64,000 nucleotides of DNA from Phycisphaerales bacterium (GTDB taxonomy: Bacteria; Planctomycetota; Phycisphaerae; Phycisphaerales; UBA5793): positions 31,708 to 95,707 of the forward strand of contig JBGASM010000009.1 of NCBI GenBank assembly GCA_044229655.1, in the 5' to 3' direction. The notes beneath the pieces were generated by a model. The model worked only from the letters and a program-made list of their open reading frames with translations. It made no database searches and was not told where the DNA came from. This document shows positions 17,201 to 26,791 of this stretch, piece by piece. The position numbers and the translations under genes are program-made. Numbering within the stretch: the stretch's first letter is position 1; each line of letters begins with the position of its first letter.

Positions 17201-18379
17201 CGCCAGTTGGGACAACTGACAGGACTCACGGTTCCGCCGGAAGTGATCTCCTTGACTGACGTGCCTGCGCCGGCCCGCATTCATTTCAAGATCATCGATG
17301 AAAAAGGCCGCATACTCGCTTCGGGGCGAGACTTGGCCCACATCAAGGCGACGCTCGCCTCGTTGCTGTCACAGCAATTCAGCCGCTTTGCGCGCGGGGA
17401 GTTTGATCGCGACGGCGTCACCGGCTGGACCTTTGGCGACTTGCCGGAGGTTTTCGAGTCGCAGCGGGGAGGCGCCGCGATGGTGGGTCACCCCACCATT
17501 GTCGATCGCGGACGCAACGTGTCTGTGTGCCTCGTGGAGAGCGCCGCCAAGGCGGAAACGCTGGCCCGCGCGGGCCTGCGGAGACTCTTTGTGATCCAGG
17601 CTCGGGACGAGATTCTGCATCTCCTGCGACACGTGCCCGGCTTTGACCGGCTCGCCGTGGCATACGCGACCATCGGAGCGCCGCGCAATCTCAAGGAGGA
17701 TCTCGTGCTGGCCATCGCTGATCGCGCGTTCTTTGAAGACTTCGACGCAGCGCGCGAGCAGGTTCGGGGGGAGCGAAATGTCGCCCACATCCCGGTTCGC
17801 TCTGCGCCGGAGTTTGATGCGGCGGTCACCCGCGCGTGGTCGCGCCTCCAGCGTGCCTGTGCTGATCTCTGCGAACTCGTCGAGGGCGTGCTCAGCGCAT
17901 ACCAGAGCCTGATACTTGAACTGCAGCGCCCGCACCCCAAAGTCTGGGAAGGAGCAGTGGAGGACATTCGGAACCATCTTGGCTTCCTGCTGCCGGCAGG
18001 CTTCCTCCTCGATACGCCGCGTCCCTGGCTCGATCAGTTCCCGCGTTACCTCGCCGCATTGCAACTGCGCCTGGCGAAGTTGACGAACGCCAACATCGCC
18101 AAGGACATGCAGAAGGCCGCCGAGGCGAATCAGTACTGGGAGCGCTATCGAGCGCGACGACTGGCCGACCTTCTGCCCGTGGGCACCGGCGTAAAAAGCG
18201 GACCGCGCAATGACGAGATGATGACGATTTTGGCCAGTGCGTCCGACGATCCGGAACTCGCCCGCTTTCGGTGGATGGTTGAGGAATTCCGCGTCTCACT
18301 GTTCGCCCAGGAACTGCGCACGATTGTCCCCGTATCCGCGAAACGCCTGGACGAACAATGGGCGCGGGTGCGCACCTGA
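14222..18379 (+). CDS. hrpA: ATP-dependent RNA helicase HrpA
   Basis: GETGSGKTTQLP, DEAHER, SAT, QRKGRCGR, C-terminal EEFRVSLFAQEL; start GTG 14222 or ATG 14165. Confidence 0.97.
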   Translation: MSQSLESILSELRRRADLCLTADQPVIRRRIESLRARAARGEPVDRMQAQVEASIQRSEEIRHDRRVAIPALMYPDELPVTQSRREILEALAANQVIVVCGETGSGKTTQLPKMCLELGRGIAGVIGHTQPRRIAARAVAARLREEIEGRRDEQTEGARASIVGYKVRFTDHTSARTSVKVMTDGILLAETQGDRLLAQYDTLIIDEAHERSLNIDFLLGYLRNILPRRPDLKVVITSATIDPQRFSAHFHGAPIIEVSGRVYPVEVRYRPASEVETEIEEDAQIVALIGAVDELTRDGEGDILVFLSGERDIREAAEALRKHHLPGTCEVLPLYGRLSTADQARVFEPHRGRRIVLATNVAETSLTVPGIRAVIDTGYARISRYNPRTKVNRLPIEPISRASADQRKGRCGRLGPGICIRLYSEDDYRSRPEFTEPEILRSNLASVILQMKAVGLGDLTVFPFIDTPELRHIRDGQDTLLELGATDSEGRLTEIGRTLARLPADPRIGRMVLAAQAEQCVAEVLIIASALSVQDPRERPLEKAEIADAAHARFRDPSSDFLFYLNLWDFAANCRKHLTRSKQRKSYVEHFLSPVRMREWEEVHQQLHTLLADMGIAVEARDVENVAHETLLHPGSAAPPDSEPKRITPQNIRQGVETLKRHPRFDPIHRALLAGLLSNVGRKTADFEYTGAQGTKFSIFPGSALFRTTPKWVMAGEIVRTTRMYARTVAPIKPEWVERLGNHLIVRQHADPRWDPQFSQAMAAEAGALRSLELYANRRVPYGPVNPKAAREMFIEHALVNGEYKSNAPHVRNNRALIAESERLAAKARNRQMLPDRKAIFEFFDVRIPQGIYNAALFERWRKKAEESHPTLLFMRREDLIRLEPPADLHRKFPDHADFHGSKLPLDYKFDPGAPDDGVTLTVPIELLNLLKPEETPWLVPGLWNDLLTALIRELPSEWRRRFIPAPEFAARICAAFGKPEFKERGSFVDAVARQLGQLTGLTVPPEVISLTDVPAPARIHFKIIDEKGRILASGRDLAHIKATLASLLSQQFSRFARGEFDRDGVTGWTFGDLPEVFESQRGGAAMVGHPTIVDRGRNVSVCLVESAAKAETLARAGLRRLFVIQARDEILHLLRHVPGFDRLAVAYATIGAPRNLKEDLVLAIADRAFFEDFDAAREQVRGERNVAHIPVRSAPEFDAAVTRAWSRLQRACADLCELVEGVLSAYQSLILELQRPHPKVWEGAVEDIRNHLGFLLPAGFLLDTPRPWLDQFPRYLAALQLRLAKLTNANIAKDMQKAAEANQYWERYRARRLADLLPVGTGVKSGPRNDEMMTILASASDDPELARFRWMVEEFRVSLFAQELRTIVPVSAKRLDEQWARVRT

Positions 18380-18386
18380 TCCAGAT

Positions 18387-19502
18387 TCACTCTCGTGATC
18401 CGTGGCGCCATCGGTCCAGCAGGACCGCCGCGAGGATGATCGCGCCCGTCAGGATTTCCTGGATCCAGTTCTCCATACCCAGTGCGGTGCACCCGCGATC
18501 GATGACGGTCATCAACAACGCGCCGATCAGCGTTCCCGCGACCGATCCCTGTCCGCCCGACAGCGATGCGCCGCCGATGACCACCGCCGCGATGATGCGC
18601 AGCTCATACCCCTGCGCCGTCGTCGGATCTCCCATAGTGAGAAAGGAGAACTGAAACACGCCCGCAAGCCCCGCGCACGCAACCCCGATCACGTACACCA
18701 TCCAGCGCACGCGCTCCACCGGCACACCGCACAGTCGCGCCGTGAGTTCGTTTGAGCCCACCGCCACGACGTGGCGTCCAAACACCGTATAACGAAGCAG
18801 TGCCCATGCCAGGACGGCCAGGGCAAGCATGACCCAGACACCCGGCGGCAGGAGAGCATTCCACCACTCCGATCCGGATTGCATCAGCCGAAGGAGCCAG
18901 GTCGGTTCCGCGTAGACCGGCTGATTGTCGCCCAATCCCTTGGCAATACCCCGTAGCGCTCCCCACATACCCAAAGTCACAATGAAGGGCGAAAGGGCAA
19001 GGCGTGGCAATACGCGGGGAAGCAACGCGGAGAGGACGAGCGTCACGACTGCGCCGAGACCGGCTCCCGCCCCCCAACCCCAACGCGCCTGGCACACTGC
19101 CGCCGTGATCAGTCCGACTGAAATCGCCACTCCCAGCCCGAGGCGGCCGACCACCAGCATTCCGATGAATCCGCCGCTGCACGCGCCGGTCAGAACACCG
19201 ATCATGAGCGCCGATGCGGGGGGAAGGCCTTCCCGAAGGGCTAAGGCGGTCAGCATCGTCGAGAGGGCGATGGTCGATCCGACCGAAAGGTCAATGCCTC
19301 CCGCAATGATGATGAGCGTCGCCCCGATCGCCGCTGTGCCCACCACCGCGGTCTGCATGAGCATGAGGCGCTGATTCTCCCACGCCACAAAACGCTCGCC
19401 GGTGAGCGCGGCAAAAAGCGTCCAAACCAACACCAGGCCCATGACCGGGCCGAGGGCCGAAATCCATCGCCTCCAGTCTGTGGACCTAGTCACAGGAGTC
19501 AC
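18387..19502 (-). CDS. Monosaccharide ABC transporter permease (RbsC family)
   Basis: GGIDLSVGS, PFIVTLG, AVGSNELTARLCG, YELRIIAAVVIGGASLSGG. Confidence 0.95.
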   Translation of the reverse strand: MTPVTRSTDWRRWISALGPVMGLVLVWTLFAALTGERFVAWENQRLMLMQTAVVGTAAIGATLIIIAGGIDLSVGSTIALSTMLTALALREGLPPASALMIGVLTGACSGGFIGMLVVGRLGLGVAISVGLITAAVCQARWGWGAGAGLGAVVTLVLSALLPRVLPRLALSPFIVTLGMWGALRGIAKGLGDNQPVYAEPTWLLRLMQSGSEWWNALLPPGVWVMLALAVLAWALLRYTVFGRHVVAVGSNELTARLCGVPVERVRWMVYVIGVACAGLAGVFQFSFLTMGDPTTAQGYELRIIAAVVIGGASLSGGQGSVAGTLIGALLMTVIDRGCTALGMENWIQEILTGAIILAAVLLDRWRHGSRE

Positions 19503-21061
19503 GCCGCAGCCTCCGCTCCGCCTGCCGCGGTCGGCACTGCGTCACACATCAGCGCTTGCTCCGTGGTCGTCCGCGCATCATGGAACGCGGTGATCCGCCC
19601 ACGATTCATGACCGCAATGCGGTCGCAGATGCCCAGCAACTCCGGCAGATAGCTGCTCACGATCAGAACTGCTGCGGGCTCGCGCCCGGGGGTCAGATCA
19701 CCGCACGCGAGCCGATCAATGATCCCGTAGATTTCCGCCTTGGAGCCGACATCGATCCCGCGTGTCGGTTCATCGAGCAGCAGAACGTCCGTGCCCGCGT
19801 GAAGTAATCGCGCCAGGGCCGCCTTCTGCTGGTTTCCGCCTGAGAGGCTGCTGATGTGCTGTGCCGCTGATGTGCACTTGATGCCTAGGAGCTGGACCAG
19901 ACCCTCTGCCTGATTCCGAAGTGTCGCCGGCGACAGATAGAACGAAGACGACGCCCGCGAAATGCCTGCGAGCGTGATGTTGAACTCGATTGAATGATCG
20001 AGAGCGAGCCCTTCGCGTTTCCGATCCTCACTGACAAACCCGACGCCCCGGTCCCAGCGTTGGGCTGGGGTGGCCGCTCCCGAAAATGCGCCGCAGGTGA
20101 TCACACCCGAACGCACTGGTGCCAGCCCGAAGATGCAGCGCAAGAGCTCGGTGCGTCCGGACCCGACAAGTCCCGCGATGCCGAGCACTTCTCCCCTATG
20201 CAGACTGAGCGTGGCCAATCTGGGAAGCACAGGACCCGAGATTCCCGACAGTTCCAGAAGCGCTGCGCCCCGCTTCCGCGCACGCCGAGGATACAGATCA
20301 GCGACCGACCGGCCGACCATGTGCGCCACGATACCGGCATCGTCCAGTGTGTCTGTGGGCGCGGATGCGACAACCGCGCCGTCGCGCAGAACCGTGACGC
20401 GATCCGAGATCGCCCGCACCTCATCGAGAAAGTGCGAGATGTAGATGATTGCAAGTCCGTCGCTGCGCAGTGAGCGCAGCAGGTCAAACAGACGGTCCGC
20501 GTCCGCTCGTCCCAGGCTGCTGGTCGGCTCATCGAGAACCAGGACCCGGCACCCGAGGGCCACCGCGCGGGCGATCTCCACGATCTGCTGCTGAGCCGTT
20601 GAGAGGTCGCCCACAGACAGGTCGGGCCGCAGCCCGGAATATCCGAGTCGAGCCAACGCCGCGCCAGCCAGGCGATCACGCGTCCGTCTGTCGACGATGC
20701 CGAATTTCGACGGCTCTGCGCCAAGAAAAATATTCTCCGCAACTGTGAGATGCGGCGCCAGGGCCATCTCCTGGTACACCATGACAACTCCGGCATGCCG
20801 ACCATCGACCGGGCTCGCTGGCGCATAAGCGCTCCCGTCAAAGAGCATGGTTCCGCTGTCCGGCTTGTCGGCACCGGAAAGAATCCTCATAAGCGTGCTT
20901 TTGCCGGCCCCATTTTCGCCGACAATTGCATGGATCTCCCCCGCATAGACCTGCAGCGACACATCCGACAGCGCCTGCGTCGAGCCGAATCGGCGCGAGA
21001 TTCCCGCCAGACGCATTCGCGCCGTCGGTCCTTCAAGTTCTGGAGGTCCCTGCACGGGCAT
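19499..21061 (-). CDS. Monosaccharide ABC transporter ATP-binding protein (RbsA family)
   Basis: GENGAGKST, LDEPT twice, LSGGNQQK, RGIDVGSK. Confidence 0.96.
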   Translation of the reverse strand: MPVQGPPELEGPTARMRLAGISRRFGSTQALSDVSLQVYAGEIHAIVGENGAGKSTLMRILSGADKPDSGTMLFDGSAYAPASPVDGRHAGVVMVYQEMALAPHLTVAENIFLGAEPSKFGIVDRRTRDRLAGAALARLGYSGLRPDLSVGDLSTAQQQIVEIARAVALGCRVLVLDEPTSSLGRADADRLFDLLRSLRSDGLAIIYISHFLDEVRAISDRVTVLRDGAVVASAPTDTLDDAGIVAHMVGRSVADLYPRRARKRGAALLELSGISGPVLPRLATLSLHRGEVLGIAGLVGSGRTELLRCIFGLAPVRSGVITCGAFSGAATPAQRWDRGVGFVSEDRKREGLALDHSIEFNITLAGISRASSSFYLSPATLRNQAEGLVQLLGIKCTSAAQHISSLSGGNQQKAALARLLHAGTDVLLLDEPTRGIDVGSKAEIYGIIDRLACGDLTPGREPAAVLIVSSYLPELLGICDRIAVMNRGRITAFHDARTTTEQALMCDAVPTAAGGAEAAA

Positions 21062-21066
21062 GCCTT

Positions 21067-22074
21067 CTATTCGATGAGGCGCTTCACGCTCTCGTCGTTC
21101 ATGTTCTCACGGGTAACCAGCACCGCTCCCGTGTCCACCACGGGTTCGACGGGCCTGCCAGCCAGCTGCTCGGCCAGAGCGCGAACCGATTTTTCGCCCA
21201 TCGCAGTGGGATTCTGCACGACCAGAGCGTCAATCTCGCCCTTCCTGAGAGCCTCGACCAGCGGGGGTGAGGCGTCGAAGCCCACAAACTTGATCTTGCC
21301 GGCCAAACCCTCCTGCTGAAGCGCCAGCAGCATGCCCAGGGTCGAGGATTCATTCGGGGCGAAGATTCCACCGGCAGCGCGAATCTGATCCATCATGTTG
21401 AGGGCCGCTGTCTTGGCCTCACCCGCTGTGGCACCGGCATAGCGGTTCTCCGAAACGACTTTGATCTCTGGCGCCGCTCCCACCGCCTCAAGAAACCCTC
21501 GCTCCCGGTCATCCGTGCTGGCTGAGCCGACCTGGTAGCGCAGCACCACGACATCGCCCTTGTTGTTCAGCAGCCGGGCCAGCGCCTCGCCTGCGAGCTT
21601 GCCGCCATTGAGATTGTTCGTGGCGACGAAGGAAATGAAATCAGTCCCGGGCGTCCCTTCGAGCGCCGAGTCCATGATCACAACGGGAATGCCCTTGGCT
21701 TTCGCCTCGGCTACTGGTCTGACGAGAGCCTTGAAGTCCAGTGGCGCGAGCACAATTCCGCTCACGCCTTCACTGATGAATTGCTGCACCAACTGAATCT
21801 GCTGAGCTCGGTCATTCTCGGTGACAGGTCCGCGCCAGATGATCTCCAAACCCAGGTCGTCGCCTGCAGCCTGCGCGCCGCGCTCGACGGACTTCCAGAA
21901 AACATGCGTGGTTCCCTTGGGAATTACTGCGATGCGCGCCGCGGTCGTCGCAGTTGCAGGGGGCGGCGTTCCCGTTGCACCCGGTGGGGCCGGCGTCTGC
22001 TTCTTGCACGCGCCGAGCAGCGTGCAGGCAGAGGCCAGAATTGCGATCAAGGTCGGGAACCGAGTGGGCTGCAT
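21067..22074 (-). CDS. Sugar ABC transporter substrate-binding lipoprotein (RbsB family)
   Basis: Lipobox LGAC, IAVIPKGTTHVFW, VGFD, VQNP; start trimmed to MQPTRF with GAGG RBS. Confidence 0.93.
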   Translation of the reverse strand: MQPTRFPTLIAILASACTLLGACKKQTPAPPGATGTPPPATATTAARIAVIPKGTTHVFWKSVERGAQAAGDDLGLEIIWRGPVTENDRAQQIQLVQQFISEGVSGIVLAPLDFKALVRPVAEAKAKGIPVVIMDSALEGTPGTDFISFVATNNLNGGKLAGEALARLLNNKGDVVVLRYQVGSASTDDRERGFLEAVGAAPEIKVVSENRYAGATAGEAKTAALNMMDQIRAAGGIFAPNESSTLGMLLALQQEGLAGKIKFVGFDASPPLVEALRKGEIDALVVQNPTAMGEKSVRALAEQLAGRPVEPVVDTGAVLVTRENMNDESVKRLIE

Positions 22075-22132
22075 GATGTTCCTCATTTCATGACTCGGAG
22101 TGATGGGTTGATCCAGGAGACAAAGGATGAGG

Positions 22133-22909
22133 TCAGTTGCCCGCCGAGCGCAGGCCGAGAATACGCTGTCGATGGTGTTCATCAGGGCGGGTATGGATAC
22201 GGTGAACATCCGCGTCGGACAGCATGCGCAAACCCCCCGCGGCCTGCGCGCCGACACGGATGCGCGCCGACTTCACGGCCATGGACGTCACGTCGAGAAT
22301 CTGCCTTGCGCTGGACCCCAACGCGATGAAACCATGATTCTGCATGTAGATGACGCGCGGCGGTTCCATCCATTTGGCGCGATACTCTGCGATGCTGTCG
22401 GCAATGCGCCGCGCCAGCGGCAATCCGGGGTCGACATACGGAACCAGGACTGATGCCGGCCCGCACAGCACGATCTCGTCCGGGAAAATTCGCCCCGACA
22501 GGCTCTCTTCAAAAAGCCGCGAACACGTCAGCATGTTGATTGACGTGGGGTGGGTGTGCCCGACGAACGACACCCCCGGCAGTTGCAGACAAATCGCATG
22601 CAGAAGCGACTCGACCGAGGGAACCACCCCGGGATGCCGCACCACCATCGCGCCCTCCAATGCGCTGCGAACCTCCATGTCCGAGAGCGATCCCGGCTGA
22701 AGCAACTCAAGGATGGGCCGAAAACGAACTTCAACGAACTGCGGCGCTCCCGCTGATTGCAGGCTCGCGCCGCTCGCCTTGATCAGGAAAGTTTCATCGC
22801 TGACTCGCACCGACGTGTTGCCCTCGGCCAGAATGGCGTAATCCAGCGCCGGATCACCCAGGCGGTTGGACAGGCTGATGAGGTCGGAAAGAAGTGACTG
22901 ACGCGTCAT
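22133..22909 (-). CDS. Class II aldolase/adducin family protein
   Basis: AEGNTSVR, PSVESLLH, HTH and QNHG zinc ligands. Confidence 0.92.
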   Translation of the reverse strand: MTRQSLLSDLISLSNRLGDPALDYAILAEGNTSVRVSDETFLIKASGASLQSAGAPQFVEVRFRPILELLQPGSLSDMEVRSALEGAMVVRHPGVVPSVESLLHAICLQLPGVSFVGHTHPTSINMLTCSRLFEESLSGRIFPDEIVLCGPASVLVPYVDPGLPLARRIADSIAEYRAKWMEPPRVIYMQNHGFIALGSSARQILDVTSMAVKSARIRVGAQAAGGLRMLSDADVHRIHTRPDEHHRQRILGLRSAGN

Positions 22910-22944
22910 AGGTTTGAGCCGGGAAAGTGATCAAATCATTCTTG

Positions 22945-24453
22945 TTACGTTAGGTTCGCAGGGACAGTGAAGCCGCGAAGTCGATCTGCGGCCTCTTGCC
23001 ACCGCGCGGTGCTGTCTGGTACATAAGGCTCTCCGACGGTGCAGCGTCGAACCACCTCGCGAAGAGACGCAAGATCGGCAACAAGTCCACTCCCCATCGC
23101 TTGAGCCAGTACATTCCCAATCGCCGTCGCTTCCACCGGCCCGGCGAGCACCGTGCAACCGGTCGCGTCCGCGGTCATCTGGTTCAACAAGCGGTTGCGG
23201 GCCCCCCCGCCGACCAGGTGAATTGTGCCGAACCGCCGGCCCAGCACTTCCTGAAGATCCGTGAACACCTGCCGGTAGGCCAGCGCGAGGCTGTCGAAGA
23301 TACACCGTGCGAACGCCGCCGGGCCGTCCGGCGCAGGCTGATTCGTGGCGCGGGCGAACGCAACAATGCGATCCGGCATGGCCCCTGGCACAAGAAACTC
23401 CGGCCGACCCAAATCAATGAGCGTCCGACACGCGGGCACATCCGTGGCCAGTCGCACGAGTTCCTCATACGAGGACGCGGCGCCCTTTGCCTCCCACGTC
23501 CGACGGCACTCCTGCAGCACCCAGAGTCCGGCAATGTTTTTCAAAAAGCGAACCCTGCCGCCGAGTCCGCGCTCATTGGTGAATCCAGCCGCGCAGGCGG
23601 CCTGCGTCAGGCATGGCTCTTTGAGTTCCGCGCCCAGCAACGACCACGTCCCGCTCGAGAGATAGCACCAATCCTCGCTCGACCCGGTTGGAACGGCGGC
23701 CACCGCACTGGCTGTGTCGTGCCCCGCTGGCGCGACCACCATCGCCCCCTCCGACAGCCCCAACTCCATCCGCAGCGCCGGTCGAATTTCCTCCAGCATG
23801 GCCGGCGCATCTGTCAACGAACCAAGGTAGTGATGCGGAATCGCTAACTGCTCCAGCAGGTCCGTCCGCCACACACCGGTTCGCGCATCAAGCATCTGAC
23901 TGGTCGAGGCGATGGTGCGCTCCTGGACGGCTCTTCCACTGAGCAGGTAATGGAAAAGGTCAGGCATGAACACCAGTGAGTGGGCTGCGCCCAACAGCCC
24001 GGGCTCGTGCTCATGCATCGAAGCCAGTTGAAAAAGCGTATTGAACGGGAGGTTCTGCAGGCCGGTGACACTGTACAACACCTCACCCCCAAGCCGCTCA
24101 TGAACCTTTCGCTGCGCGCGGGCGAAGCGCTCGTCGCGATAGCACCTGGGCAATGTCAGCACCTCCCCGGAACGCCCCAGCAGCGCGAAATCCACGCCCC
24201 ACGTGTCCACACCCACCGAACACAATTTCACCTCCTGCGTTCGGCACCACTGCGCTGCACTCTCCAGACCGCGCCCGATGTTTTTCCACAGTGACCCGAC
24301 GTCCCAGTGCAAGCCGTCCGGCAGCCGCAGTGGCTGATTCGGAAACCGGTGCACCTCATGCAGCGCGACCTTTCCCTCGTGCAGCAGACCCAGCATCGCC
24401 CGCCCGGACTCGGCCCCAAGGTCGATGGCAAGATGGGCTGAGCGGGAAGTCAT
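22945..24453 (-). CDS. rhaB: Rhamnulokinase (FGGY family; may also act on fuculose)
   Basis: IDLGAESGR, GVDTWGVDF, GHDTASAV, YLSSGTWSLLG, FTNE, GPVEATAIGN. Confidence 0.92.
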   Translation of the reverse strand: MTSRSAHLAIDLGAESGRAMLGLLHEGKVALHEVHRFPNQPLRLPDGLHWDVGSLWKNIGRGLESAAQWCRTQEVKLCSVGVDTWGVDFALLGRSGEVLTLPRCYRDERFARAQRKVHERLGGEVLYSVTGLQNLPFNTLFQLASMHEHEPGLLGAAHSLVFMPDLFHYLLSGRAVQERTIASTSQMLDARTGVWRTDLLEQLAIPHHYLGSLTDAPAMLEEIRPALRMELGLSEGAMVVAPAGHDTASAVAAVPTGSSEDWCYLSSGTWSLLGAELKEPCLTQAACAAGFTNERGLGGRVRFLKNIAGLWVLQECRRTWEAKGAASSYEELVRLATDVPACRTLIDLGRPEFLVPGAMPDRIVAFARATNQPAPDGPAAFARCIFDSLALAYRQVFTDLQEVLGRRFGTIHLVGGGARNRLLNQMTADATGCTVLAGPVEATAIGNVLAQAMGSGLVADLASLREVVRRCTVGEPYVPDSTARWQEAADRLRGFTVPANLT

Positions 24454-26636
24454 CGCAGGAATGCCTCGGTCAATCCGCCATCAACCGACAAGGTCTGGCC
24501 CGTCGTCTTCGCGCTGCGCTCGCTGACCAGGAAATACACCGCCGCAGCCTGATCCTCGACCGTCACCGGCGCCTTGAGCAGGGTTCGCTGCGCATAGAAC
24601 GCCGCCAGACGCTGCCGCAGATCCTCAGTTGATTCGCTCTCCGCCGCCGAGAGTCCATACTTCCGCAGCGATGCGATCACCCGGTCGCGCGGGAACATGG
24701 ACGACCCCCCGATCACCGTCGCAGGCGCCAATCCGTTCACGCGCACCAGCGGCGCCAATTCGACAGCCAGTTCGCGCACAAGGTGGCCGGCCGCCGCCTT
24801 CGAAAGGTCATAGCCGATCGATCCCTTCTTCGCCACGACGGCGTTGACGCTGGTCGTCAACACGAGCGACCCGGTCAGTCCCTGTGCCGACCACACGGGC
24901 GCGGCTTCCCGTGCCGTCCAATAGGCGCCACGCACGTTCACATTGAACATCAGTTGCCACTGTTCGTCGGTCACCTCGCCGGACTCATCGGGGGCGACGT
25001 AAACGCCGGCCGTGATCACGACCGTGTCGATTCCCCCATAGGCCAGGACCGCATCACGCATCAGAGAGCGAATCGAGGCCCGATCTCCAAGATCCACCGC
25101 CAGCCCCACGCTTGCCTCGCATCGTGACGCGCGCGTGCCGGCATCACCTAAGGTGGGCCCCTGCACTGCGGCGAGTTCGGTTGCGGTCTGCCGCGCCGCA
25201 TCAAGCGATAAGTCCGCGCACACGACATGCGCACCATCCTGCGCTAGTCGCGTTGCGACGGTCTTGCCAATCCCGCTGGCAGCGCCGATCACAACGCACA
25301 CTCGGCGTGCCAACTCCTTTTCCGCAGGCTGGCGCCGGAGCTTTGCCTCCTCAAGAAGCCAATACTCAATGTCAAACGCTTCCTGCTGCGGCAGTCCGGA
25401 ATAGGAGTCGATCGCTTCCGCCCCGCGCATGACCTCGATCGCGGCGCGGTAAAACTCAGCCGTGATTCTTGCCTCGCTCTTGTTCTTCCCCCAAGCGATC
25501 AGCCCCAGCCCCGGGACCAGGATGACCGTCGGGCTCGCATCGCGCATCGCCGGCGAATCTGCGTGTCGGCACGTCGAGTAGTACCGCCCGTAATCGGTGC
25601 GGTATGACTCGAGAGCGCCGGTGAGGCTGCTGCGCAACGAAGCGATATCGCCATGATGCGGATCCCAGTCGGCCAGCAGCGGTTTGATCTTCGTGCGCAG
25701 AAAGTGGTCGGGGCATGAAGTCCCGACGCCCGCAAGTCGCGCGGCATCAACGCTGTCCACAAAGGACATGACCTGCGCATCGCAGTGGCAGGTCGCCACC
25801 ACACGCTTCGTTCCTGACAATTTTCCTCGGAGCCACGGGAGCAGTTCCGCCAGCATGGCTTGCCGGCGATTCTCCTCCATCGGCTGGACCCGCAGGCCGC
25901 CGAACGCCCGCTCCCCCTTGTCGTGCCGCGCAATGAAATCCGCCGCCTGGTTGATCAACCGCAGCGACAGTCGATAGCACTCACGATCGTCGTCCGCCCA
26001 GTTGATGAGCCCGTGCTTGCCCAGCACCACACCTTTCAGAGCAGGATTCGCCCGAATCCGGTCGCGGATGATCAGGCCCAGATCGAATCCCGGCCGTTGC
26101 CAATCCACCCACTCAACTTCGCTGCCGAAGATCGTGTGCGTCAGGGCGGGCCCATTCGGAGCCGCAGCCACCGCAATCACCGAGATGGGGTGGGTGTGAT
26201 CGACATGGCGGGCCGGAATGAAGGCGTGCAGCGGGGTGTCGATCGACGGCGCACACGGATTGAGATTGAAGGTGCAATGCGCGTAGAGTCCGACGATGCG
26301 GTCCTCGACTGCGGACTTCGGACCCCGGGTCGCGGCCCCCCGGTATATGCGCTCCAGATCGCGGACCTTGTTCAAGTCCAGTGATGCGAAGTTCGTCCGT
26401 ACCGCCGAACGCAGATCGCCCCCCGAACCCTTCACCCACAATACCTCGGCGGGCCTGCCCGTCAGCGGATCAATCTCCGTCACCTTGGAAGATGTGTTGC
26501 CTCCACCGGTGTTCGTAATTCGGAGTTCAGATCCCAGGAGCTGCGAGCGGTAAATCAACCGTTCGACGGGAGTCAGCCCCGTCGCGTGCGATTCGTTCCA
26601 GAGATCCGGCAGTGATGTGACTGTTCGGCTGTCCAT
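24450..26636 (-). CDS. Bifunctional rhamnulose-1-phosphate aldolase / short-chain (lactaldehyde) dehydrogenase (RhaEW/YuxG type)
   Basis: GGGNTSSK, KGSGGD, PSIDTPLH, CPDHFLRTK, FDIEYWLLEEAKL; SDR GAASGIG and YDLSK. Confidence 0.94.
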   Translation of the reverse strand: MDSRTVTSLPDLWNESHATGLTPVERLIYRSQLLGSELRITNTGGGNTSSKVTEIDPLTGRPAEVLWVKGSGGDLRSAVRTNFASLDLNKVRDLERIYRGAATRGPKSAVEDRIVGLYAHCTFNLNPCAPSIDTPLHAFIPARHVDHTHPISVIAVAAAPNGPALTHTIFGSEVEWVDWQRPGFDLGLIIRDRIRANPALKGVVLGKHGLINWADDDRECYRLSLRLINQAADFIARHDKGERAFGGLRVQPMEENRRQAMLAELLPWLRGKLSGTKRVVATCHCDAQVMSFVDSVDAARLAGVGTSCPDHFLRTKIKPLLADWDPHHGDIASLRSSLTGALESYRTDYGRYYSTCRHADSPAMRDASPTVILVPGLGLIAWGKNKSEARITAEFYRAAIEVMRGAEAIDSYSGLPQQEAFDIEYWLLEEAKLRRQPAEKELARRVCVVIGAASGIGKTVATRLAQDGAHVVCADLSLDAARQTATELAAVQGPTLGDAGTRASRCEASVGLAVDLGDRASIRSLMRDAVLAYGGIDTVVITAGVYVAPDESGEVTDEQWQLMFNVNVRGAYWTAREAAPVWSAQGLTGSLVLTTSVNAVVAKKGSIGYDLSKAAAGHLVRELAVELAPLVRVNGLAPATVIGGSSMFPRDRVIASLRKYGLSAAESESTEDLRQRLAAFYAQRTLLKAPVTVEDQAAAVYFLVSERSAKTTGQTLSVDGGLTEAFLR

Positions 26637-26791
26637 ATTTACTCAATACTCAGGACAAAGGGTGCCGGAATATAGAACATTGGCACATTGGTCGCTGTCT
26701 GGTTATCGGGTAAAATGCCACAAAATCAAGCGGACGAACAAAGAGAACCCCACGGGATTGACGTTTTTTTCTGCGGAAGGTGTGGTATCCC

